NCBI GenBank assembly: GCA_034189385.1
Contig: JAXHVD010000016.1
Coordinates: 38,735 to 102,734 of the forward strand
DNA: 64,000 nucleotides
Direction of reading: 5' to 3'
From: Thermodesulfobacteriota bacterium
GTDB taxonomy: Bacteria; Desulfobacterota; Desulfobacteria; Desulfobacterales; C00003060
In this document: piece by piece, positions 1-9,191 of the stretch
How positions within the stretch are numbered: position 1 is the stretch's first letter
Layout of the letters: each line of letters starts with the position of its first letter
Position numbers and translations under genes: made by a program
Notes under the pieces: model-generated
Databases searched by the model: none
What the model was told of the DNA's origin: nothing
What the model saw: the letters and a program-made list of their open reading frames with translations, nothing else

Positions 1-755
1 TGTCCCCTTGAATAGGCAAGTAGCAGGACGTTGTCTGCGAGGATATTGATCATCCTAGGATAGCCTTCGGAATACTGATGAATGGCCCTTACCACGCTAT
101 TGGGGAGGATTGCCTGTGGGTTTTTTGCTCCTGCTATCTGCAGGGCGGTGGCAACATATTCCTGAGTGCCTTTTAGGTCCAAGGGATTCATATGATAACG
201 GGTGCCAATTCTTTGTAGAAGGGCCCTGCACCTCGGCTGATTTAATTTTTCGTTCAACTCTGGTTGGCCGACGAGGAAGATATTGACCAGTTTCTTTTCG
301 GCCGTTCCCATATTGGAAAGGAGCCGAACCTCCTCCAAAAGTTCGAGAGAGACTTCCTGGGCCTCGTCAATGATCAGTACAAAACTTTCCTGGTGCTGCA
401 GCGTCTCCTTTAGGAAGTGTTCAAAGGCTATGAGGAACTCTGCCTTGGATTTGACGTTAAACGTTTTGTCAAATGCGGTGAGGGCAAGATAGCGCATGAA
501 CTCCTCGGCGGAGAGGAGCGGGTTCGGGAGGTAGACGTACTTCACACCCTTTTCAAGATTGGCAAGGAGGGCGTGGACCATGGTACTCTTGCCCGTCCCT
601 GTCTCCCCTGTGAGAAGGACAAACCCTTTTCGCTCAACAACCCCGTATGTCAGCACTGCCAAGGCTTCTTTATGGACCTCACCCAAATAGAGAAAGCGGG
701 GTGACGGGGTAAGGTGGAAAGGTTGTTCCTTCAGATTGAAAAAATCAGCATACAA
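1..755 (-). CDS. ExeA/GspA-family AAA ATPase (PEP-CTERM/XrtA-system-associated type), partial; runs off the window edge
   Basis: Not in the ORF track; translated by hand from TTG at 755 (GAGGGG RBS): MYADFFNLKEQPFHLTPSPRFLY..., Walker A GETGTGKST, Walker B VLIIDEAQ, IFLVGQPEL. Confidence 0.9.
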   Translation of the reverse strand, partial: MYADFFNLKEQPFHLTPSPRFLYLGEVHKEALAVLTYGVVERKGFVLLTGETGTGKSTMVHALLANLEKGVKYVYLPNPLLSAEEFMRYLALTAFDKTFNVKSKAEFLIAFEHFLKETLQHQESFVLIIDEAQEVSLELLEEVRLLSNMGTAEKKLVNIFLVGQPELNEKLNQPRCRALLQRIGTRYHMNPLDLKGTQEYVATALQIAGAKNPQAILPNSVVRAIHQYSEGYPRMINILADNVLLLAYSRG

Positions 756-838
756 GGAAAGAGCCCCTCAACAACTCTCAAAAACGCGGTCAATCCCCGT
801 GCCTTGGACGGCTCATGGGGATATCTCGACCACTATTC

Positions 839-855
839 AGCCACAGTTGTGCCAA
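839..855 (-). promoter_or_regulatory. Putative sigma-54 promoter upstream of the ExeA ATPase
   Basis: Minus strand reads TTGGCACAACTGTGGCT (GG-N10-GC). Confidence 0.55.
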
Positions 856-916
856 TACTGCATCGCCTATAATTCATTGATGTCATTATTAATCCTGCCT
901 AGGTCTCCTTACCTTC

Positions 917-2485
917 TCATATTGCCGCAAGAATCCCTTTTGCGTAACTTAGGGTAGCATCCACTCCTTTATAAGCAAGAATGATGCCAATAGCTGAGAG
1001 GACAAATCCCAGAGTTACAGTGACGAGGGCCAGCCCCCTTTTTAGTCTCTTTGTCCTTATTTCCTTTTGAGTGTATCTAATGGGTATGCTCACCAAAACA
1101 GGCAATTGGAGGTCTTTTTCCACCTCCTCTGGGGTCTTATAAGAGGTGTCCATGGTCTCCCTTAAAAAGGCCAATCCACCACCTAGGGCAAGGCCACAAG
1201 CCAAAGTCAATAGAAGGATTCTACGAAAATCAGGTTCTACCGGTCGCGTCGGAGTCTTGGCAGGATCAATTACTCTAAACTGCTCTCCTTTCTGTTTCTT
1301 CTCCATGCTCACAGCGATCTGAGCTTCTAATTTCCTGTTCAAGAGAGAATTGTACAGCTCCCTTAGGTTTCCATAGTCACGGTTTAGGCTCAGCAACTCC
1401 TGTTCCCTCTTGGGTGTGTCTTCCACCTTCTTCTGGTACCACTGTGTCTGAGACTGAACCTCCTTGATCTCGGCCTTCAGAGTGTCAATTTCAAATGAAA
1501 GATCATGCAGTTGACGTTTCAAGCCGTGATCCACTGGGGTCAGAGAAGTCTCCGGTTTCAATGAACCGGTTTCGTTTTCCGACCTTTGTCCTTCCAGTCT
1601 TGCGATCGTTTGCGTCAAGCGGATGACATCAGGATGGTTTTTTGTGTATTTTGCCTCAAGGGAAGCAAGCTCATTTCTGAGTGATGTAATATTCGTTGGT
1701 GTGCCCCCCTCGGAGGTCGCGCCAATCAGAGGTTCTGCTCGAAGCTTTTCTTGTTCGGCAATCTGTGTCTGCACTAGTATTTTTCTGTTCTCTGCATCTC
1801 TCAGACGATCGTGGAGTTGATCCAGTTGAGCCTGAAGCCTTTCCAGAATACTTAAATTGGTCTGAAGCTGTTCGGGCAACCCACCTATATAGCGCTGTCG
1901 ATACTGCTTTAATTCTTCTTCCTTTTCCAAGAGGCGCCTTTCCACGGATTCCAGTTCGTCAGATATAAAGGCCGATGTCCCTATGGCCTGCGATTCCCTG
2001 ATCTTCAGGTTCTCTGAGATGAAATTGGAGGCTAGGGCATTGGTCACCTCCATTACTTTCTTTGGGTCCTTACCCCTAAAAGCAATGGTGAAGGCATCGG
2101 TTCCCCTGCCTCTCCCCCCCCCGTAGTTCACGTCAATCTTGATCATGTTTCTAAGCAACGCTACCTTGTCGTCCGTGAACATCTGTTGGTCAGATGAGCT
2201 GTATAGATTGTGTTCTTTGATGATCTTCTCCAGGTTGGTTCGACTGGTGACCTGCTGCGAAATGGTACTGAGTCTATCTTCAACAGTGGCAGATACAATG
2301 GTCCGGACAAAATCCTCTGGGACCTTCTGGGGTTGGACCAAGATCAGGGTCTCTGCCTCATAGATCTTTGGAGTCTTTAGGCAGTAGGCTAGCCCCCCAA
2401 GAAGGGTCAACAGGAAGGGGATAATGGTCCACCATATCCTACGCTTGGCCATGTTTATATATCTTGTAAGTTCAAAAGGTTCCAT
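917..2485 (-). CDS. Polysaccharide chain-length determinant (Wzz/GumC/Wzc N-terminal type, no kinase domain)
   Basis: N-terminal TM helix, PKIYEAETLILV, long coiled coil, GNVR-like FRVIDPAKTP, C-terminal TM helices. Confidence 0.9.
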   Translation of the reverse strand: MEPFELTRYINMAKRRIWWTIIPFLLTLLGGLAYCLKTPKIYEAETLILVQPQKVPEDFVRTIVSATVEDRLSTISQQVTSRTNLEKIIKEHNLYSSSDQQMFTDDKVALLRNMIKIDVNYGGGRGRGTDAFTIAFRGKDPKKVMEVTNALASNFISENLKIRESQAIGTSAFISDELESVERRLLEKEEELKQYRQRYIGGLPEQLQTNLSILERLQAQLDQLHDRLRDAENRKILVQTQIAEQEKLRAEPLIGATSEGGTPTNITSLRNELASLEAKYTKNHPDVIRLTQTIARLEGQRSENETGSLKPETSLTPVDHGLKRQLHDLSFEIDTLKAEIKEVQSQTQWYQKKVEDTPKREQELLSLNRDYGNLRELYNSLLNRKLEAQIAVSMEKKQKGEQFRVIDPAKTPTRPVEPDFRRILLLTLACGLALGGGLAFLRETMDTSYKTPEEVEKDLQLPVLVSIPIRYTQKEIRTKRLKRGLALVTVTLGFVLSAIGIILAYKGVDATLSYAKGILAAI

Positions 2486-2500
2486 ACGTAAATCCTGGCT

Positions 2501-3790
2501 CTACCATTGCCAGAGTTTGCTCGCTGTCAGGTTCAGCATGAACCGATGGTCCCTGTAGTCTTCAGTCACAAGATCATCTTCTCTATCGGCATAAGTGTAA
2601 TCCAAAGAGAGGGAAAACCACCGGAAAAAGGTCCATGTGAGGCCACAGTTTCTTCGCCACGTTTTCCAATCTCGGTTTTCCCCGTCGTCGTAGTCTCCTT
2701 TATCAAGGCGATAAGACCAGCCACCATAAGCGGCTAAGGGTGACATAATCTGGTATTCCAGCTGCGCCTGTACGCTCCAATAGCGACTAAATCCCCTTCT
2801 TTCTGCTTCCAGATATGCCTCGTCCCAACCGCCTTTCCCCCCGATGAAGAAGCTTCCGCGTTCAAATCTCTTTCCAACTGAGGCGTTGTAAGAGTAACCA
2901 GTCTGGTCATCAGATGCGTCGTTTTCCCGGACAAAATAACCACCGCCTACAGAAACGGATAGATCTTGGGCAAAGGACTGTTCAAGTCCGATTGATCCAT
3001 GGTGAACCGTATAGTCTTCAGTTTCTCCCTCAAAATGGCGGTGCGTGAAACGGTAGCCTGCAAAACCGGTGGCGTGCTGGGTAAACCGGTGGATATAGCG
3101 CATTCCTGCGCCATGGCCTGTATAGTCATCTCCGGCCTCTTCGTCATCGCCCCGCCAAAAGATGGCATCAGTGTATTCGTATTCAAGCTCAACGCCATTC
3201 TTCAGATTGATCCAATACGTCACCGTGGAGAAAGGAATACGTATTTTTCCGTCATCCACAGTAGGGTCTTCGTTTTTGAGCAAGAAATGTCTAAAGCCTA
3301 CGGTGAAGAGATCTTCCGATCCAAAAAGATACCCCAAACTGGCACTAAAGGCATTTCTTTGGTACGTGTCCCTGGTTTCCCTTACGTTTTCTACCTCTTC
3401 AGTCTCTTCCATGGGTTCTTCGGACTTGATGTACGTATCGCTGAGATTGAAGGTCAGGCATTGTGTGAGGCCCTGGCCAAAGCTAGCGGTCCCAGAGTGT
3501 CTTACTGTATTGTTCTGGTCCTCCCTATTATACCAGACAAAGGTGGGAGCATACTGTAGTTCCAGATGCGTTTTCTCCGACATTAAGTGAAGGCTCAAAC
3601 TAGGGGAGACCGTGGTGATGTAATCCGATTGCTCGTCCGTGGCATCGAGATAAATGTTATCATCATATATCTCACTCACGAACAGACTAGGTGTTAACTC
3701 AAAAAGGCATTGGGCAAAAGAGGGTTGGGGGAGAAAAAAGAGCCAGACCAGCCAAATAATCAAAAGTTTGTTTCTGAGCGATCTTTGCAT
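2501..3790 (-). CDS. Outer-membrane beta-barrel protein, EPS/PEP-CTERM-system-associated
   Basis: Signal peptide, EIYDDNIYL...DYITTVSP motif, alternating aromatic strands; start at MQRSLR is uncertain (ORF track gives 3844). Confidence 0.8.
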   Translation of the reverse strand: MQRSLRNKLLIIWLVWLFFLPQPSFAQCLFELTPSLFVSEIYDDNIYLDATDEQSDYITTVSPSLSLHLMSEKTHLELQYAPTFVWYNREDQNNTVRHSGTASFGQGLTQCLTFNLSDTYIKSEEPMEETEEVENVRETRDTYQRNAFSASLGYLFGSEDLFTVGFRHFLLKNEDPTVDDGKIRIPFSTVTYWINLKNGVELEYEYTDAIFWRGDDEEAGDDYTGHGAGMRYIHRFTQHATGFAGYRFTHRHFEGETEDYTVHHGSIGLEQSFAQDLSVSVGGGYFVRENDASDDQTGYSYNASVGKRFERGSFFIGGKGGWDEAYLEAERRGFSRYWSVQAQLEYQIMSPLAAYGGWSYRLDKGDYDDGENRDWKTWRRNCGLTWTFFRWFSLSLDYTYADREDDLVTEDYRDHRFMLNLTASKLWQW

Positions 3791-3935
3791 CACTAAGCCG
3801 GTTGAAACCGAACTGATAAAACGTATTGATAAGGAAGTTGTCATGGATCAGCTTTTTTCAACACAATTACGAAAACGCGAAAGCAGTAATGGTTAAAGGC
3901 TGAAGGACAGAAGTGGCTTCTTCCTCAGCCCCTTA

Positions 3936-4517
3936 TCATGGCACCACAATGGTGTCGTTTGGCTGCAGAATAATGTTCTCTTCCACTTTCTTGCCACCAA
4001 TGAAACCCTCGTAATCAAAACGGAGCTGCATCTCCCTCTTGTCGGTCCTCCGAATGATGAGGATGTTTTTTGTGTCTGCCCATTCTGCAAAGCCGCCTGC
4101 CGTGGAAATGGCCTGGAGGACGGTCATGTCCGCTGCCAACGGGTAGGCGCCAGGTCGATTCAGCTTGCCTACGGTATAGATGCGGCGGCTGTGACTCTCC
4201 CTGAGAATGACGGTTACCTCCGGTGCCGTGACGTAGGCCCTCAGTTTCTCGGTTATCGTTTCTTTGAGGGCTGTTACGGTTTGACCCTGGGCCATGATTT
4301 CTCCAATCAATGGAAACGTGATTCTCCCATCAGACATGACAGTAACATCCTGGGTCAGTTCTGGTTCTTTCCAGACATAGATATTCAGGATATCGCTGGG
4401 GCCCACGACATAAGACGGTGATTCTGCTCTTGCCAGGCAATGGTCTGTCCAACACGAAAGGCTGAGAATACAAATGCCCAGAGACAAGAGAACAATCCAC
4501 CTAGACATCCTTCTCAT
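3936..4517 (-). CDS. Polysaccharide biosynthesis/export protein (Wza-like, Poly_export + SLBB)
   Basis: YVVGPSDILNIYVW...DGRITFPLIG, LQPNDTIVVP; AGGAGG RBS before ATG 4517. Confidence 0.9.
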   Translation of the reverse strand: MRRMSRWIVLLSLGICILSLSCWTDHCLARAESPSYVVGPSDILNIYVWKEPELTQDVTVMSDGRITFPLIGEIMAQGQTVTALKETITEKLRAYVTAPEVTVILRESHSRRIYTVGKLNRPGAYPLAADMTVLQAISTAGGFAEWADTKNILIIRRTDKREMQLRFDYEGFIGGKKVEENIILQPNDTIVVP

Positions 4518-4582
4518 GGAATGACCTCCTAGGAAGAAGATGGTAAGATGAATGCCGAAAGGTCCTCGGCTGCCCCGTGAAA

Positions 4583-5623
4583 TCACGGTCGTTTCACCAG
4601 GGGGCTGCGATATTTGTTGTTCCTGATTCCCACGTTTGCCATCTTGTAGAACAGCGCCTTGTAACTGATCTTGAGGATCTTGGCTGCCTCTTTTTTGTTC
4701 CACCCCGTGAGATTGAGTGCATGCATGATGGCCTCCCTTTCAACATGTCTTGTGGCCTCAACCTTTAGGTCCTTTAGCGATTTCGGCGGGTTTCGTTCTA
4801 TGGTGTCCTTGGCCGGCAGCCCAGGCCCATCAGAGGACTCCGTAACGGCCTCGGCACGCATGTCGTCCGCGGCCATGTTGCTCAGAAGCTCAGAGCTAAC
4901 CTCTTCCTGGTTGTAGCCCACCATAAGCATGGCGATGGTGTTACTCAGTTCTCTCACGTTTCCAGGCCAGGCATAAGAGTCAAAGAGCTTTTTCAAATCT
5001 CCATCCAGGCGGAAGGGCTCTATCATCTCAAGGTCGCGACGGTGCTTTTCAACAAAGTATTTGGTCAACAAAGGAATGTCTCCTGTTCTATCTCGCAAAG
5101 GAGGGATGTCTATTTTGATGATATTCAAACGATAATAGAGGTCCACTCTGAAGAAGCCGTCCTTCATGTCTTTTTCCAGATCATGATTGGTCGCTGCGAT
5201 GACCCAGGAATTGACCTGGACATCTCTCGTACCACCAAGTCTGGAAAACCTTCCGCTCTGCAGTACCTCCAGGAGCTTGGCCTGGAGTACCACGGGCATG
5301 TCTCCGATCTCGTCCAAAAAGATGACGCCGTCTGATGCTAGTTCGAATTTTCCTGGTTTCAATTGGTCCGCCCCGGTGAAGGCACCCTTTTCGTAACCGA
5401 AAAGTTCGCTCTCAAGGAGCGTCATTGGAAGGGCAGGGCAGTTGACTTTAATAAACCTCTTATCGCGGCGGTTGGAGGCACGATGAAGTAACCTTGCTAC
5501 GACCTCCTTGCCGGTACCCGTCTCTCCCATGATGAGAACGTTGAAGGCAGTATCCGAGATCATGGTGATGAGCTCCCGGATTTTTTGGATAGACGGATGA
5601 TTGCCGATTAGGGCGTACTCCAT
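4583..5623 (-). CDS. Sigma-54-dependent transcriptional activator lacking an N-terminal sensory domain
   Basis: GETGTGKE, ESELFG, GAFTGA, FLDEIG, WPGNVREL, C-terminal Fis-type HTH; likely start MEYALIG. Confidence 0.9.
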   Translation of the reverse strand: MEYALIGNHPSIQKIRELITMISDTAFNVLIMGETGTGKEVVARLLHRASNRRDKRFIKVNCPALPMTLLESELFGYEKGAFTGADQLKPGKFELASDGVIFLDEIGDMPVVLQAKLLEVLQSGRFSRLGGTRDVQVNSWVIAATNHDLEKDMKDGFFRVDLYYRLNIIKIDIPPLRDRTGDIPLLTKYFVEKHRRDLEMIEPFRLDGDLKKLFDSYAWPGNVRELSNTIAMLMVGYNQEEVSSELLSNMAADDMRAEAVTESSDGPGLPAKDTIERNPPKSLKDLKVEATRHVEREAIMHALNLTGWNKKEAAKILKISYKALFYKMANVGIRNNKYRSPLVKRP

Positions 5624-6028
5624 AATGTGGCAAATTTTTACATAGGTTGGCGGGTTTGTCAATATTAAAGAAGGATTAGAGGTGGAAAGGGAAGTAACAC
5701 CCTGTTGGAGGGCAAGGGGCCGCCCTATTCGGGCCGTCGCCAAAATGCCTTTTCGCTTTTCTGAAACGTCTTTTGATCCGCCTTCGGAGGACTCCAGGGA
5801 TTAGCGCTGACGGTTGCGCCTGGTCGGTTGAAGAAAAGCACTGCCTGTACAAGATGCGCCCTTTCGGCTCAACCATTTGCAATTGCTGATCTTTCACTTT
5901 GCCGAAATTCGCGAGTCAAAAATGTTTCAATTCATCGCTTCAAAGGAATTTTTGCTTCGGCAATAGCCCACATTCATGGGACCCTGTGTAGGCTCGGCTA
6001 GCGGTGAATGGACACTGGCGGGGATCTA

Positions 6029-6083
6029 CAAAAAGCAAAGGCAGGGGAGACGCATCATCAATGCACCTGCCCTGCCTTTGCTT
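6029..6083 (-). terminator. Intrinsic terminator-like hairpin downstream of the arginine-repeat peptide gene
   Basis: 14-bp stem AAGCAAAGGCAGGG/CCCTGCCTTTGCTT followed by a T run on the minus strand. Confidence 0.6.
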
Positions 6084-6102
6084 AACCAGAGTGGAAAGAA
6101 GG

Positions 6103-6297
6103 TCAAAGTTGAAAGGCGGATCTTCGATCAAAGCTGCTTCTTCGCTCCATGCCGCTTCTTCGGTCTAGCCCGTTTCGGCGGTCGTCGCTGGCCCTTCTTT
6201 CAGGGATGTGGCCTGTGTACGAAAAGCGCCTCCGATCCACGCCCGAACGTCTCCCCCCGTTGTCACTCAATTTAACTGCCACGCTAGCCATTCCCAC
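6103..6297 (-). CDS. Small arginine-rich [DE]RR-repeat protein
   Basis: DNGGRRSGVDRRRFSYTGHIPERRASDDRRNGLDRRSGMERRSSFDRR; purine-rich upstream sequence, own terminator; start GTG 6297 or ATG 6291. Confidence 0.75.
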   Translation of the reverse strand: MGMASVAVKLSDNGGRRSGVDRRRFSYTGHIPERRASDDRRNGLDRRSGMERRSSFDRRSAFQL

Positions 6298-6609
6298 TTT
6301 CGGCCGTCCTTTTCTGAGACTGCGTTATGATTCTCCTTTATTCCTTAATTACCGTATGGCAGGTCACGGCGACCTGTTTTGAATAAATCAACTGACGATA
6401 TCTTCGAATTCCTCCATGTCAGGGTCAATGCCAATGTCTGCCCTTTTCTCACAAACCTGATAAAGCAATAATAGACTTGTGGACATAGACTTGTGGAGAT
6501 TTAGACTGTGATGAGTGTTTGGTGGCTAATCCCCGGTCCACCTATCCAACAGACAACAGTTCGATCTCTTGGCCCCCTTCACTCTTGTTACACTCAGGCG
6601 TGCATCAGT

Positions 6610-7191
6610 CTATTTCATTAAGGTTTTCCGAAGCTTCTTCCTGCCCAAAAGGCCGGCCAGACCGATCAGGCCTGTGCCCATAAGCAGCATGGAGGCTGGT
6701 TCTGGGACGGGGCTCTCTGGGCACTGGGTTGCCTCGACGACGAGCTTTGCCGATTCAAAGTAAAAATTTCCTCCCTTGGCTTCCAACATAGCATTAACAA
6801 TACCATCGTCGCTGAGAGTCAATTCCACGGCGGGTGAGAGCGCGAAGGGTAAGCCAGAGGTTGGGTACTCAAGTCTCCAGCCGCCGAATATGTCTGTCCC
6901 TACTGTTAGCTTCACCCATTCATGTGGAAAATCGGGGTTGTCTGGAGTATGATCACTAAGAGTTACGAAGACTTTAGCGGTACCAGGTACCACATTTTGA
7001 CAGTCTGGGTTGAATCCGTCATCAGTAAGATCAAATGTCCAACTATACTGATCCACGCTTCCGTCCGATAGATCAGCGTCCATAAAGACATCGGCGGGAT
7101 CCCAGATGTCTTCGATCGGAATAGCACTGGCTATGCCGACGGCAGAAAAAACCATGGCTATAGTGCATAAAAACACTAAAAACTTGTTCAT
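6610..7191 (-). CDS. PEP-CTERM sorting domain-containing surface protein
   Basis: Signal peptide; C-terminal VPEPASMLLMGTGLIGLAGLLGRKKLRK; AGGAGG RBS. Confidence 0.95.
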   Translation of the reverse strand: MNKFLVFLCTIAMVFSAVGIASAIPIEDIWDPADVFMDADLSDGSVDQYSWTFDLTDDGFNPDCQNVVPGTAKVFVTLSDHTPDNPDFPHEWVKLTVGTDIFGGWRLEYPTSGLPFALSPAVELTLSDDGIVNAMLEAKGGNFYFESAKLVVEATQCPESPVPEPASMLLMGTGLIGLAGLLGRKKLRKTLMK

Positions 7192-7371
7192 TGCAGTCCT
7201 CCTTCCCTGTCTCGGCCGATTAAGCAGTTAGTGCCTCAGTCCACTTCTCAGGCACCCGTACGTCTCTCGCCCCCCCTTTTGTTCGAGCGACGTGCCCAGT
7301 GGGAACTGTCGCTCTCTCGTGTTTCGGTATTCCCCCTTCGACTATTTGGACTAATGGTTTCAACAACATTT

Positions 7372-7387
7372 TGCAATAAACATGCCG
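7372..7387 (-). promoter_or_regulatory. Sigma-54 promoter of the PEP-CTERM gene
   Basis: Minus strand CGGCATGTTTATTGCA (GG-N10-GC with TTGCA). Confidence 0.8.
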
Positions 7388-7680
7388 ACCGGCAAAGAGC
7401 CTAAAAGAACAGAGCAATTACAATATTAAATCAAGGAAATAAAAGAGTTAAGGCGTAAGTCTCAATGAAGATCCACGAAAGGGCAAGGGCTCTCAAAAAG
7501 GGAGGATAGAGGTATGTATTTTATTGCCAACTATATGAGAAAAGTTATGCCAATATGTGGAAAAAGATTATATATGGATGTGGCGAACAATGGGAGGATC
7601 TGGAGCCCAAGTTGCGCAACGATCAGGAAATGGCGACAAAAGGCCTAAGACGAACGGACGGGGCGGGGAAAAAGGAGATG

Positions 7681-9087
7681 CTATGGTTTCAGATCAAATT
7701 CCTTGATACGGTTTAGGAGGGTCTTATAGCTCACCTGGAGCAATCGGGCAGCCTGTCTTCTGTTCCACTGAGTCTCGCTGAGAGCGTTCAAAATCGCCTC
7801 CCGCTCTGCTTGGGAAACATAGGCCTTGGATATCTTCTTCAAGGAGAAATCATTATCTCTAAAAAGCCTTGAAAGCTTGTCGTCACGCCAATCAGAACCT
7901 TGAGACTCAACCTCAGATAAAGAGCCACTCTCTACGCTGTGGACTCCCATATGTAGGTTTAGATCTTTAAAAGCAAAATCCCAACTTCTAAGGACAATGG
8001 CCCGACGGATCACATTCTCAAGCTCTCTCACATTGCCGGGCCATTCGTAGGCCAAGAAAAGCTCAGCGATCTCATCGGGTATGTCCATGACCCCTTTTCT
8101 GAGCTCAAAGCAATACTTGTTCATAAAGTAGTGGGTCAAGAAAGGGATATCTTCTTTTCTCGTTCTAAGGGAGGGGACATCCATGGCCACCACCTTCAGG
8201 CGGTAGAACAGATCCTTTCTAAAAGACCCTTCCAGCACCTTCTGCTGGAGATCTGAATTCGTAGCAGCCAACACGCGGATATCCATGGCTTCGTCTTCTG
8301 TGCCGCCAAGGGGTGAAAAGGCTTCCCCTTCAAAGATCTGAAGCAGTTTAACCTGCAAAGACAAGGAAAGATCGCCGATTTCGTCAATAAACAGGGTTCC
8401 TCCCGCTGCCAGCTGAAGACGCCCGGGCTTGTCTTTATGGGCCCCCGTAAAAGCCCCTCTCTGAAAACCGAAGACCTCACTCTCTAGCAAGTCGTCAGGG
8501 AGAGCCCCGCAATTCACCTTCACCAGTGCGCCTTTTCGCCGATAGGAATGATAGTGGATAGAACGGGCTATCAGCTCCTTGCCAGTACCGGTCTCCCCCG
8601 TGATCAATACGGTGACGTCCTTGTGGGCCACCTTTCGAATTTTTTCCCTGATGTTCATCAGTTGAGGGCTTTGTCCAACAATGACCACGGGGCTGTCGTC
8701 TAAAGGGCCTCGGGCAGCTCGCTGTTTCCATGCCTTGTGTATGGCCCTTGATATCTCGTCAAGGTCCGGATCTGGGCTCAGGTGATGGATTGTACCGCTA
8801 GGGGAATGATCAGATCCGTTCAAAAGCAACGCCTCTTCACAGGAGGTCAAAATCGGCATTACAGGGTCAATCAATCCCAAATTGTGAATGTTCTTCAGGC
8901 AGGTTTGTGTTTCTACAGAAGGCCCGATAATGGCCAAATCAGGACTCAAAGAGGCCAGTTGCTCGGCAGACCTATCGGGGGGCGCGGTAGAACAAAGCTT
9001 GAATCCCAGGCCTCTGACCTTTTCCTGCAAGATTTGGGAACGGGAAGGATCTGACTCAACCACAAGAATGTTCGGATTGGCTTTCAT
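7681..9087 (-). CDS. Sigma-54-dependent activator with a degenerate receiver domain
   Basis: REC-like N-terminus lacking the phospho-Asp (DLAIIGP), GETGTGKE, GAFTGA, WPGNVREL, HTH. Confidence 0.9.
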   Translation of the reverse strand: MKANPNILVVESDPSRSQILQEKVRGLGFKLCSTAPPDRSAEQLASLSPDLAIIGPSVETQTCLKNIHNLGLIDPVMPILTSCEEALLLNGSDHSPSGTIHHLSPDPDLDEISRAIHKAWKQRAARGPLDDSPVVIVGQSPQLMNIREKIRKVAHKDVTVLITGETGTGKELIARSIHYHSYRRKGALVKVNCGALPDDLLESEVFGFQRGAFTGAHKDKPGRLQLAAGGTLFIDEIGDLSLSLQVKLLQIFEGEAFSPLGGTEDEAMDIRVLAATNSDLQQKVLEGSFRKDLFYRLKVVAMDVPSLRTRKEDIPFLTHYFMNKYCFELRKGVMDIPDEIAELFLAYEWPGNVRELENVIRRAIVLRSWDFAFKDLNLHMGVHSVESGSLSEVESQGSDWRDDKLSRLFRDNDFSLKKISKAYVSQAEREAILNALSETQWNRRQAARLLQVSYKTLLNRIKEFDLKP

Positions 9088-9191
9088 AAGTCTCTCCTGT
9101 GGGCCTTGATATTGGCAAAGTCTGTCCTTATCTTTCCGTTCAACGATTCAAGAGTGGACCTCACTGCCCTGAAGAAACATGGCAAGCGCCA

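Noticed and set aside
4518..4703. N-terminal extensions in the ORF track (Wza, activator to 5743, TPR to 12071, topA to 32016, oadG to 42651, atpF' from 52356, zapB from 59509)
   Set aside because: They overlap neighbouring genes, repeats or promoters; better RBS and domain starts lie downstream
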